A stretch of DNA of 64,000 bases, from NCBI GenBank assembly GCA_000002435.2, contig CM018791.1, one strand, 5' to 3'. Below the pieces are notes generated by a model, which saw only the letters and a list, made by a program, of their open reading frames with translations, was not told the DNA's origin and did no database searches. This document shows positions 40,601 to 49,735 of the stretch, piece after piece. The position numbers and the translations under genes were made by a program. The DNA is from Giardia intestinalis (Eukaryota). Each line of letters opens with the position of its first letter. The stretch's first letter is position 1.

Positions 40601-41899
40601 AGCAGTGTTGCCGGAGGCGTCTAAGCTCCCTGCGCAATGTTGTGCAAGTTCGGAAAGAAGCTCTATTTTACCACTCTTGAGCGCGTAAATTAGGGGCGAG
40701 TCACCATTGGGGTGGTTTATGTAAAACTCAAGTGCTGCAAGAAGCTGGACGCAAGGCAAACTATCAACCTCTATCGCATACAGAAGGGCACTGAATCCTT
40801 CGCTATCGACCTTTTTTGCGTGCATAAGAAGGTTCTGTGCAGAAACGTGGTCTCCTTTGCTAACAGCAGCCATAAGTGGGGTCTGGCACTGGTCAGTGTG
40901 TGTCGATAGAACAACGCTGCACTCTTGGAGTGTAGACGTAGCTCGCCGAAAGCTGCTTGCGAGAATAGATTCTTTAGCAGGGGAATAGGGCCCGCAGTGG
41001 TTAACAGTACCCTCCTCATACAGTGCAATCAAGTCTTGTGGAGGATAGATGTCATAATACTCACCGTCGTCAATGCGCTTAAGAGCGTTCACCACATTCT
41101 CGTCAGATAAAAGTTGCTCGGCAGTAGGACGCGCCTTAGGATCTGGTTGCAAAAGCAAACGGACAAACTTGCGCAACGGAGTTGTGTAGCCAAGAAAGTC
41201 GACCACCGGGCCCTCCAACAGATCACGCCGGCTGAAGCGTGGGTGTTTGAGGGTGCATATCGCCCAAATTGTACAGCCAAGGGACCAGATATCCGATATT
41301 GTGGTTACAGCCCCTAGTGCTTGTATCTCTGGGGCCATATAGCTCGTTGTCCCGGATCGCTTTGCTGCAGCAGGTGGATTGCCGGCCTGCAAGGCCATAG
41401 ATAGGCCAAAGTCACAAAGCCGTATTAACCCTCTAGTATCGATGAGGAGATTCTCCGGCTTGATATCTCTGTGCACAATCCCTAAATAGCCCTTTTGACA
41501 CCAGGAGTGTAAATACTGCAAGGCCTTAAGTACCTGGGCAACTATTTCCCAGACAGCACTTTCCGGGAGCTTAGAGCGTGCGGAGCGTATGCGCTGAATG
41601 AGTTGCTGCACCGACCCGCCAGAGCAGTACTCCATCTCGATATGGTATATCGACCCATTATCATGGGTCCTGACAGCATAATAGTTGACTATATATGGCG
41701 AAGACAGACGCATAACTATATTGAACTCGTTACGTGCGGACTTAATGGCCTTTGCGTCGTCATCCTGCGAAGCGGATGCCTCCTTAACAACTACAAGCAC
41801 TCTGTCCTGTGCACGTCGTACTAAAAACAGCGATGCGAAACCCCCCTCAGCAAGCTTCTTGCAGTCGGTGTATAGTGAAGAGACATTTTTCGCCAACAT
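37694..41899 (-). CDS. NEK-family Ser/Thr protein kinase with a long C-terminal ankyrin-repeat array
   Basis: 1,401 aa with an ATG start. The N-terminal kinase domain has VVVKEAS, HRDIKPENLLID, DFGLSMA, YMAPE and DIWSLGCTIW. It is followed by more than 25 repeats of the G-x-TALM-x-AA-x-x-GH type. Its stop lies tail-to-tail about 9 bp from the stop of the preceding gene. Confidence 0.85.
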   Translation of the reverse strand: MLAKNVSSLYTDCKKLAEGGFASLFLVRRAQDRVLVVVKEASASQDDDAKAIKSARNEFNIVMRLSSPYIVNYYAVRTHDNGSIYHIEMEYCSGGSVQQLIQRIRSARSKLPESAVWEIVAQVLKALQYLHSWCQKGYLGIVHRDIKPENLLIDTRGLIRLCDFGLSMALQAGNPPAAAKRSGTTSYMAPEIQALGAVTTISDIWSLGCTIWAICTLKHPRFSRRDLLEGPVVDFLGYTTPLRKFVRLLLQPDPKARPTAEQLLSDENVVNALKRIDDGEYYDIYPPQDLIALYEEGTVNHCGPYSPAKESILASSFRRATSTLQECSVVLSTHTDQCQTPLMAAVSKGDHVSAQNLLMHAKKVDSEGFSALLYAIEVDSLPCVQLLAALEFYINHPNGDSPLIYALKSGKIELLSELAQHCAGSLDASGNTALCIAIRCNDLPAIELLLPYELLLKSDNTLMALDVAWSCLLLHNTMPWQMLTDYLLKHHKCYPRAVSLSGSPKYVDQKTKTMLLVEGNIGTAASEHTEITEEDLYAVLPCGRTALMLAAQKNSAQYVQFLLPEAGMSTPVGETALLLGMQAQSMRAVEILWKYESFLSKATELMRICLLAEQPNKLHEHDICCRATDGSTALMYAAVSNNHAAIRMLIMREMRMHTRNGFTALMMAARHNSLDAAKELLPYEARLTDQAGMSALMHASQCGHVQLVSLLATYEDGMQDTMGRTAFLHAVANRHSGCVHALSSELLFPGIGGNSPLIHVLLKYGVEHCQEIFTTDMIIASAGLHNDNGQTVTMIAASLSATDIVKLLAPIEAGMQDGLGRTALMYATEVCSLDVMTILLDKEEKLQNTNGETALMLAVRSGYSRCIHILAPREASLRNNQYMTALGLAVELDLPEVVTILAPYEASISVRKNESVIDLAVSLGHANCVAALANYMSENCISIPLTQRSPVISGRTPLLAAVLSNRIDDVVTNLGFMGYGYSLSKTALGKDVICTALQLSVRLNHLDCTKLLLSEIGVYVPGSETALMQAAHMGLLESARLLLPEAGAQTKEGYTALMLAAIGGHSEVVKLLLPFETKMKTTAGRTALMLASAYAKEDCIALLVEQEARLCDHRGVSALMCLGRISNAQQISTLIAEELYLQDCNGYSALMYAVIDNNMVLVRELLAELPLKTHLGETALSLAAVYERSAIYDLLVEYIVDNNIALQIPKRAISTSARTELISAVLANDRSRVVQHLDQVFKAYQGYTALMYAATYGYVEIVEILAPHESCIRTRKGCTALMLAAKDGHVDCLLHLRPYEQQMAMLDGTSSLMFAALAGQSDCVAQLLSEVYMRKVNGDDVISLCENELEHEDLPEEHLYAIRRRCLPLIYARLTEDQADATAKDCPGILDTNDQDGNNLH

Positions 41900-42034
41900 G
41901 TGTGTTTCCTACCCGCAGAAACTAAGTGTCGACACCTACGAGGTGATTAGTAGCAATCTAGAGGGCACAGCGCTTGACCTAAAGACCAATATGGCTTTGT
42001 GCCAGTAATTTTATTGACCGCTCTTGATTGGCGG

Positions 42035-45000
42035 ATGGCCGAGAACTGGTTTGATGCCGCCCGTCAAGGACAGTTCAACCGTCTCTGTTCGCTATCTGCG
42101 TCCTGTATTAAGTCCAGAGACTCTAGCGGAAACACCGCGCTGATGCTTGTGGTACAGAGCGGACACACTGAGTGTCTCAAGCTTCTCGAGGAAGAGGCCA
42201 CAATGACAAACAATTCTGGGCTTACAGCGCTTGCCATTGCCATAATGTGTGGAAACAATACGGCGTGTGCCTTCTTGGCGCCGATGGAGGCACACATAGT
42301 TTTGCCGTCAAAGCTCTCCATGCTGATGCTGGCAGCAAAGTTGGGAAACTGCGATGCGGTGAATTGTGTGGTCCCCTATGCACAAGAGGAGACTAGTACT
42401 TGCTCTGAGACAGCATTGGGCCTTGCCGTTCAAGGAAACCATCTTGAGTGTGTCCGAACCCTTTTGAACAGGATGCCGTACACTGTCTCAGACATATATA
42501 CTGTGCTAAGCACCTCTAATACTGATATTAAGGTCTTACTGCTGGAGCGATGTGACTCGTTGCTGGAGTATGACATGAGTGCCTCAAGGAAGTCTATTGA
42601 GCATGTGCCCTTCCTCCGTGAGCAATACGATCAGCGAATAGCATTCCTTAAGGATATTATCTACTGTCTGAAAATGCGTTCACAAGAGCAGAGCAACCCT
42701 TATAACACAGCAACAGATTGCATTGACATGTCTCAACTACATGAACTTAATAGACACATAAAGGATTGTCACGCGTATATTCAAACTCTTAAGTGTGACT
42801 TTTCTAAATTACAACAGGATAAGAAATCTATGCAGGATGGCTATGAAGAAAAGCTTCAACGTATGCAAAAGATATACGCCAGTTCAATTGGTTCACTGCA
42901 AGCGAAGCTTCATACTAAGGATCTCAGTAGCTTTCATACTAGCGATTCCACCAGAGAGTGCAGCAAAGTCAATACTGTGTCCCACGAATCTGTGACACAG
43001 ACATCTCAGTCTTTCCTGGTGGAAGGAACTACTCAAACAGAGAGTCACTCATGTAGAGAAATTGCCATCGGTGATGTGCATGGTCCTGTAGGGGCAGTCT
43101 CTTGGGGAGGAGGGCCTGCATTTTTGGCAGAGGCTGCGCCTTTTCATTCACAATTTATGGATGCGTGTATCCAGACTAGTCCACTAGAACGTTCATTGAG
43201 TAGCGATGTTCCTCGTTCTGACCTATCTGAAGCTGATCACGTTTCTCCTGACGCCTCATTAGCCCAAGATGATAGTAGCCTTCAACAGCAACTGCTTGAA
43301 AAGACGGCAGAAGTGCAAGCCCTCTCAAATGAGCTCGCTATTATGCAGAGCACAATTGAGCACATATTTGTCACCCAGTCGCGCGAATTGTCCGCAAAGG
43401 ATCTTGAACTGGAGCAGGAGATAGAAATATTTACCGAGCGCATTTCGACGCTCAGTGAGGACAATCTTAGGTTGGAAAAGCAAAATAGAACCCTTCAGGA
43501 AGAAAACACCTTACTCTCTGAGAGAATCAAGAAAGTGGAGAACACAAACGAGGATTCTAGCGCTATCCCTGCAGATTCTGTTACTCGTTTGCCATCACCT
43601 TCTGTTAATGACGACCTTGGTATTGCTTTTCCGCACAGAGACGAAGCAGGAATACAAACAGATCCTTCTTACTGTCTTGTATCTGTTAAGATAGGAGACG
43701 ACAGAGCAATAACAGAGCCTTTGCTCCCTCTGCAACAAGCCTGGCTGGTAATCCCTGGTCAAAGAAAAAGCCCAGCCGACTCCCTAACTCCACTTCCTGT
43801 TCTAGATGTTACGCATCGCTCCTGCCAATCTTGTATGGACACCAATGAGGCCTGCTGCCAGGCGGTTGTAATAGATAACACCACGGTGGCTTTGCGTCAA
43901 GAGATTGAGCTTGCATGCCAGCAAGTTGAGGAGTTTACCGATAGAAGAGCTTCCAGGACATCAATGTTTGTAGAGTCAGCAGAGAAGATGCTGAGCACAG
44001 AAGACCCCGGAGAGGTCATTACTTGCAATCAGTCTGATGACAGCGCGCTCGTGTATAGGATAGAAAAGCTTGAACAAGCGCTGAGAGACAAAGACGCTGA
44101 ACTCTCACTTGCCAACGATAAAATTGCACGATTAGAAACCATTGAGACAAAGTGTACTACTCACTCACACTCTAAAAAAGATGAGGCTGCCTTAGTTCTA
44201 CCATCTAGTCAAGCACGGAGCGATACAGAGTGCGCGCAGCTTCTTTCAGCTGTATGTGTTCCCTCACCACAAGCCAATCTCCTATCGATTTCTCCCTCAT
44301 CTATTGAAGAAGAAAATCGAGAGCTGCGGAATCAGGTTGAGTCACTGCGCAGACGAATGATTCAACTCACACATTCGTCACGCAAGTCCATAGCACCCAT
44401 CATAATGGCGTCAAACACACTTACATCGGCATCTTCTAAGCTGTGTCAACTTGCACAAAGGTTGAAGGAGCTTCTAGATAACCCCCACAACACGGCACCC
44501 AAAGTTGATGACAAGACACTTAGCTTTATCGAAGAACTTACTACCGAAATTTTGGAGTATTCTACGTCTATACAGTCTGCTCTGCAAGACAGTGCCGCAG
44601 CTGGACCTATGCAAACACCTTCAGTACATCAGGATCTTCTTCTGAGCGACGCTGTAACTCTATCTCAAGACAGTACCAATACAGATTTAATGGAGGCTGC
44701 CATACTAGACAATGTAGACGTGGCCTCACTTTTCCTGAACCAAGTGGGCAGAAGAAACGTGGACGGTGAAACGGCACTCATGATTGCGGCGAAGCACAAC
44801 AGCCTTGAAGTGGCTAAGCTTCTTGCACAGCACGAGGCAAACTGTGTTCGAAAAGACGGCATGACAGCCTTAGCCATTGCACTGTACAACAAGAACCTGG
44901 ATATGGCTATGCTACTAAGTGATTATGAAGGTCCAAGTAACAACCTAACGAGTGACTCTCCAGGCAGCACTGCGAGACCCATCGATGCACTGATTCTTGC

Positions 45001-45574
45001 AGCTAGACACAATGATGTCATCTCAACGTGGACCCTACTTAAGACTCACGCCCGTTACCAGGATGATCAGGGAAGGACTGCTCTTATGCATGCAGCCGAA
45101 CATGGGTTTGACATTATTGTGCACCTGCTGGCCGGGTCTGAGGCAGGGATGCAAGATGTTGATGGATACACAGGGCTTATGATTGCAGCAAATTTGGGGT
45201 ACACCCTAGTCGTAACCGAACTCCGTAACTGTGAGGCAGGAATGCAATGTGCACGTGGATATACAGCACTGATGTATGCTGCAGCTGCAGGACATAAGGC
45301 TGCAGTGGCTGCCCTAGCGCCTTTTGAGGCTGGTATTCAAACAAGTGTATCGAAAAGAAATACCACCACCAGCCCCACTACGGGCTACTCTGCAGATGAG
45401 ATAAGTGATACTACTGGAATAACCGCGCTTATGTTGGCCGTGGAGGCAGGGTCAGTTGATTGTGTGAATGTACTCTGGCCGCTCGAACACCATATCACTG
45501 ACGCCCAGGGGATGGCAGCCATTCACTATGCTTGCTCTGAACCTATGAGGAACTTGCTTCGCAGCTACCAATGA
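42035..45574 (+). CDS. Ankyrin-repeat plus coiled-coil protein (Giardia 'Protein 21.1' family)
   Basis: Track ORF 41999..45574 begins at GTG. The first ATG gives MAENWFDAARQGQF...GNTALMLVVQSGH and is preceded by the AT-rich sequence taattttattg. It has a long central coiled coil and C-terminal ankyrin repeats (GETALMIAAKHNS, GRTALMHAAEHGF, GYTGLMIAANLGY, GYTALMYAAAAGH). Confidence 0.8.
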   Translation: MAENWFDAARQGQFNRLCSLSASCIKSRDSSGNTALMLVVQSGHTECLKLLEEEATMTNNSGLTALAIAIMCGNNTACAFLAPMEAHIVLPSKLSMLMLAAKLGNCDAVNCVVPYAQEETSTCSETALGLAVQGNHLECVRTLLNRMPYTVSDIYTVLSTSNTDIKVLLLERCDSLLEYDMSASRKSIEHVPFLREQYDQRIAFLKDIIYCLKMRSQEQSNPYNTATDCIDMSQLHELNRHIKDCHAYIQTLKCDFSKLQQDKKSMQDGYEEKLQRMQKIYASSIGSLQAKLHTKDLSSFHTSDSTRECSKVNTVSHESVTQTSQSFLVEGTTQTESHSCREIAIGDVHGPVGAVSWGGGPAFLAEAAPFHSQFMDACIQTSPLERSLSSDVPRSDLSEADHVSPDASLAQDDSSLQQQLLEKTAEVQALSNELAIMQSTIEHIFVTQSRELSAKDLELEQEIEIFTERISTLSEDNLRLEKQNRTLQEENTLLSERIKKVENTNEDSSAIPADSVTRLPSPSVNDDLGIAFPHRDEAGIQTDPSYCLVSVKIGDDRAITEPLLPLQQAWLVIPGQRKSPADSLTPLPVLDVTHRSCQSCMDTNEACCQAVVIDNTTVALRQEIELACQQVEEFTDRRASRTSMFVESAEKMLSTEDPGEVITCNQSDDSALVYRIEKLEQALRDKDAELSLANDKIARLETIETKCTTHSHSKKDEAALVLPSSQARSDTECAQLLSAVCVPSPQANLLSISPSSIEEENRELRNQVESLRRRMIQLTHSSRKSIAPIIMASNTLTSASSKLCQLAQRLKELLDNPHNTAPKVDDKTLSFIEELTTEILEYSTSIQSALQDSAAAGPMQTPSVHQDLLLSDAVTLSQDSTNTDLMEAAILDNVDVASLFLNQVGRRNVDGETALMIAAKHNSLEVAKLLAQHEANCVRKDGMTALAIALYNKNLDMAMLLSDYEGPSNNLTSDSPGSTARPIDALILAARHNDVISTWTLLKTHARYQDDQGRTALMHAAEHGFDIIVHLLAGSEAGMQDVDGYTGLMIAANLGYTLVVTELRNCEAGMQCARGYTALMYAAAAGHKAAVAALAPFEAGIQTSVSKRNTTTSPTTGYSADEISDTTGITALMLAVEAGSVDCVNVLWPLEHHITDAQGMAAIHYACSEPMRNLLRSYQ

Positions 45575-45754
45575 CCTCTTACATAGATATGAATTAATAC
45601 AGATCATTGTACTAGCAATCTGTCTATAGAGCAGTGCAGGGGACTCTGCCAGAACTATTATATACACTAGTAAATCAAGGTGTACCATAGTCGAAGGGTG
45701 CCATAGCTCTGTCAGTTTAACAACAAAATTCTTGGGCGAAGATTTACTCTGAAT

Positions 45755-48700
45755 ATGGGGGATTCTTGTGCGTTTTCCTGGTTCCAGGCTGCGGCAACAG
45801 GAAATCTGGAAGTGATCCAGGCGCTGAAGGAGCAGTGCTCTGGTCTCCGCAATGAGGATGGCGAGACAGCACTCATGCTTGCTGTGCGCAATAACGCAAT
45901 GAATGTCGTGGAAGTTCTTTTGAACAGCGAAGCTAAGCTCACCAACGAGGATGGGTATACCGCCCTACTCATCGCAGCAGAGGAAAACAATTCGTTTGCA
46001 TGTTCTATCCTTCTAGCAGCGGAAAGGGACATATGTCTCAATGATAACTCAGATGCGCTAATTTTAGCCACCGAGGCAGGAGCTATGGATGCTATCTGCA
46101 TTTTGGCGCCTGGATGGCCTGTGCGGAGAACAACTGAAGGCATTGCTGCTATCGATATAGCATCCAACGAATCCAATCTCAAGGCGGTCAACCTGCTGCT
46201 ACAGGGGCAAGACCTCACTTGCGAAGACGTAGAAAGGGCTATGCTGCATGCAAATGAGGATGATGATAACTACGACAGTATCTGTTCCGCATTGCAAGGA
46301 TACTTAGTGTCCCTCGGCGCCCGGTCTTCTACCCCGGGTCGTGACGTTCCACTAGAGCTGTCAGACTATGATGCTGTGCCCGATGCTATTCAGTATTGTC
46401 CATCACTGCCGCAGGATAGCCTTCCCCTCGCCTACTCTGCTCTTGACAATACAGATGTGGCTATGACGAAGATATCCTTGGAGGAGAGTGATGATATTTC
46501 CAAGGCGATATTAATGCCGGGCGCTGTTACACCGATTAGCCAGCAACTTAATGCAGATCTGCAGGAAGTAACCCCAACAGAGCAGAGATGTAAGCCTATT
46601 ATCGACGAACTTGAAGGAGAAGCGTCGTCTGATGAAATACAGCCAGATCCCACGGAGTTTTATGAAGAAAAACGTCTGTCAGAAGGCCTGGCTTCATCCA
46701 CAGTTTTTCAGTTAACCAACATGATCCAGGAGCATAATCCAATGAGTGAGCTTGTTAAAATTATAGATTGTAAGGATGCAGAAATTCAGGAGCTTAGATT
46801 GCTGATTGATACACTACAAAATAGAAAACCTATCTCAGATGACGCTCGATTCTATTCTACAGGTCAGTCTGCATCTCAGGAAGCCCCTAATTTCCCAGAA
46901 GAGCCCCCTATAGTTATCTCAGCTACTACCAGCATAGCCCTTAGCACCATAGATACACTGCGATCGCGCATTGCTGAATTAGAAGGCAAATTGGCAGAGC
47001 ACCCGCCTACTCATGAGCTTGTCGATACAGAGACACAGTATTCTGTCAACACAATTGTATTTAGTGCTACGGCGGATCAAGCCGATAAGTGCTTAGGCTG
47101 CAATGTAGAAACGACTACACCAAAGGAAATAGAGCAGATACTCCTTGAAAACTCTCATCTATCTGCCAAACTACAACAGGCAGAAAACGAGGTTATGGCG
47201 TTGGGTAGATGCCTCACTGATGCCATTGCTGCAAGCGATAACGTCGAAGCCAATTTGATCCTTCAGGACTTTGCACACCGAGAACGGATACTTATTGACT
47301 CATATGTGTCTCGGATTGAAAACCTGCAAACCAGTATGGACATGTTCATAGGTATACAGAAGAGGAAGGCGAAAGAGTCGGAGGCGTACTTCCATGCGCA
47401 GTTAGAGGAGATAACAGAACAGAACACGCTAGCTAATAAGGCAATACGGAATCTAACCTTACAGATAGAAACATCTAACTCGGAGTTGCAGGAGCTGAGA
47501 GGGACTATTGCATACTTAAACGAGGAAAATGCGTCTTTGAGCGATGCGCTTAAACTGGCAAAAGCCGTACAAGAACAAGTTTCCAATGAGATTGCTGGCT
47601 CTGCCATTAATATCACAACAACGTCTGTTACAGTCCAGACTGAACCCACTTGTGACTCTGTGCCTGGTCCTGACCTCAGCCCTGACAATGTCACAACTAT
47701 GCATGATTTGCCCAAATGCACTACTCAGAAAGAGCTTGATGAAGCTATGCTTAACGCTATCTTGAATCAAGCTCTTTGTACTACAGATTATTCGGGTCTC
47801 TTGTCAGATACCGTGCTGTTTGCTATTGCCCCTGATTTGGAAATCACAGTGAGCAACGTTTTTCAAGCAGTCACCTGGTTTTATAATGAGTCTGAGCAGA
47901 AGGAGCGGCGTCTTTCAGAAGCGGAAGAAAAACTCGAAGTGATGGCTAATCTTTGCGAAAACCTCTCTGCAGAGTTGAAAGAGAAGTATAGCCTGATACT
48001 AGATATTTCACCGGATGGCACCGGTGAGTACACAATATCCTGTGCAGAGCCTCTTGGCAATCCAAGGGGGCACCAGGGCGAGATATCTGATCATCCAGAT
48101 AGCCTTGTTTTGCAGCCCATCATCCCAATAGAGCAATCAAATTCTTCAGATGTATCTCTGAAACCCCTGCAGTCGCATAGTGATGTACATAGTTTACTAC
48201 AGGTTGAAGACCTGGAGCTCCCTAGTCTACCTAAAGCTGGGAGTCCATCTAAGAGCATTGAGATATCCTTCGACAAAGATCTATCGGCATCACCTCCAGT
48301 TCATCTGCAAGTTCCTCTCATCTCTATAAACAAACCGGAGAAAAAGACAACCTCTAAGCCAAAGCCAGTTAACAATATTCCCATGTTAGTGGAAGACGAA
48401 ACATCTTCTCTTATGCTTCCATCGATCCACGCTGGCGAGTTTCGAGCAACGAAGCTAAAGCAAATTGGGAACGATATTTCCCCAACGACCACGCATGCTG
48501 ACCGCACCGACATGCAGCGAGCTCATGATTTGCAAGAAAGAGCGTTGCAGCTCTCTCACGACGCAGTTAGCCCATACCTGACTCATAAAGAAGAGCCTGC
48601 TCCTATCCTAGAGCAAAACAGCAACCAGGGAGATGATACCCCACTGATAGCCGCTGTCCTAAAGGGTCAGAATTCTGAAATACGAAGATACTTACAATAT

Positions 48701-49582
48701 GCAGGAAGGTTCAACGGAGATGGTGTGACAGCTCTGATGATAGCAGCCATGCGTAACAATCTTGAGGCCGCTCAGCTACTTGTGGAGTACGAGAAGGGAC
48801 TAACAACTGCCGACGGTTCGACTGCCCTGTGCCTGGCTTTGCTCAAAGGAAACATGCCAGTTGCAAAGTTCCTCACTCCATATGAAGGTTTGGACTTTTC
48901 ACATGTCTCTTCAAAGGGTCGTCGTTTCACAGAGTTAATGCAGGCAGCGGATGAAGATAATATAGTGGCTGTTTGGTGCCTTATCCCTCACCAAGGTGGC
49001 CTTAGGGACGAAGAGGGCTTCACTGCTCTCATGTACGCCGTACAGGCAGGCCACTATGAAGTGGCACGTATTCTTTATGAGCTCGAGGGACGTGTGCGAA
49101 ACGTCAATGGGGAAACGGCTCTGATGCTTGCAGCTGCCTCTGGGTTTACCCGCATTGCTAACATGCTAGTGATAAAGGAGGCAGGAGAACGAGATAATCA
49201 AGGAAGAACAGCCTTGATGCGTGCGGCGATTTATAATCATTGTGATGTGATTCGATTATTGCTGCAAAAAGAAGGCGGTATCCAAGATAGCCGGGGCGAA
49301 ACAGCCCTAATGTTTGCTGCAAAGGCTAATAACCCCGAAGCAGTACGGCTCCTTTTAGATAAGGAAGGCGGAAAGAGAATGCTTGTGAAACAGCCTGGCC
49401 GCAATGGAACACAATTGCGAGGGCCAGGATATACGGCGTTAATACAAGCCGTCAGAAAGAACAGTATTGCATGCATTCCTCTACTCTTGAGTAGAGAGGC
49501 CGGCTTCAAAGACGCAGAGGGACGGGCACCAATTCTTTTTGCAAAGACAAAGGAGACAAGAGACTTGCTTCTCAGGGAATAG
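45755..49582 (+). CDS. Ankyrin-repeat plus coiled-coil protein (Giardia 'Protein 21.1' family)
   Basis: 1,275 aa with an ATG start. The N-terminus is MGDSCAFSWFQAAATGN...GETALMLAVRNNA...GYTALLIAAEENN. It has a central coiled coil and a C-terminal ankyrin array (GVTALMIAAMRNN, GFTALMYAVQAGH, GETALMLAAASGF, GRTALMRAAIYNH, GETALMFAAKANN). Confidence 0.8.
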   Translation: MGDSCAFSWFQAAATGNLEVIQALKEQCSGLRNEDGETALMLAVRNNAMNVVEVLLNSEAKLTNEDGYTALLIAAEENNSFACSILLAAERDICLNDNSDALILATEAGAMDAICILAPGWPVRRTTEGIAAIDIASNESNLKAVNLLLQGQDLTCEDVERAMLHANEDDDNYDSICSALQGYLVSLGARSSTPGRDVPLELSDYDAVPDAIQYCPSLPQDSLPLAYSALDNTDVAMTKISLEESDDISKAILMPGAVTPISQQLNADLQEVTPTEQRCKPIIDELEGEASSDEIQPDPTEFYEEKRLSEGLASSTVFQLTNMIQEHNPMSELVKIIDCKDAEIQELRLLIDTLQNRKPISDDARFYSTGQSASQEAPNFPEEPPIVISATTSIALSTIDTLRSRIAELEGKLAEHPPTHELVDTETQYSVNTIVFSATADQADKCLGCNVETTTPKEIEQILLENSHLSAKLQQAENEVMALGRCLTDAIAASDNVEANLILQDFAHRERILIDSYVSRIENLQTSMDMFIGIQKRKAKESEAYFHAQLEEITEQNTLANKAIRNLTLQIETSNSELQELRGTIAYLNEENASLSDALKLAKAVQEQVSNEIAGSAINITTTSVTVQTEPTCDSVPGPDLSPDNVTTMHDLPKCTTQKELDEAMLNAILNQALCTTDYSGLLSDTVLFAIAPDLEITVSNVFQAVTWFYNESEQKERRLSEAEEKLEVMANLCENLSAELKEKYSLILDISPDGTGEYTISCAEPLGNPRGHQGEISDHPDSLVLQPIIPIEQSNSSDVSLKPLQSHSDVHSLLQVEDLELPSLPKAGSPSKSIEISFDKDLSASPPVHLQVPLISINKPEKKTTSKPKPVNNIPMLVEDETSSLMLPSIHAGEFRATKLKQIGNDISPTTTHADRTDMQRAHDLQERALQLSHDAVSPYLTHKEEPAPILEQNSNQGDDTPLIAAVLKGQNSEIRRYLQYAGRFNGDGVTALMIAAMRNNLEAAQLLVEYEKGLTTADGSTALCLALLKGNMPVAKFLTPYEGLDFSHVSSKGRRFTELMQAADEDNIVAVWCLIPHQGGLRDEEGFTALMYAVQAGHYEVARILYELEGRVRNVNGETALMLAAASGFTRIANMLVIKEAGERDNQGRTALMRAAIYNHCDVIRLLLQKEGGIQDSRGETALMFAAKANNPEAVRLLLDKEGGKRMLVKQPGRNGTQLRGPGYTALIQAVRKNSIACIPLLLSREAGFKDAEGRAPILFAKTKETRDLLLRE

Positions 49583-49735
49583 GTGAGGCACTTACCATCA
49601 AGTCCCTAGCCCGTAGCAGTCTTCACAAACAAATCACTAATACACTGTAAGAATTAGGCATACATTTACTAGAAACTATGGGCGTTATTCTGCTTGGGAG
49701 GAAGGAAGGCATACAGATGCTACCTGTGGAATCAA

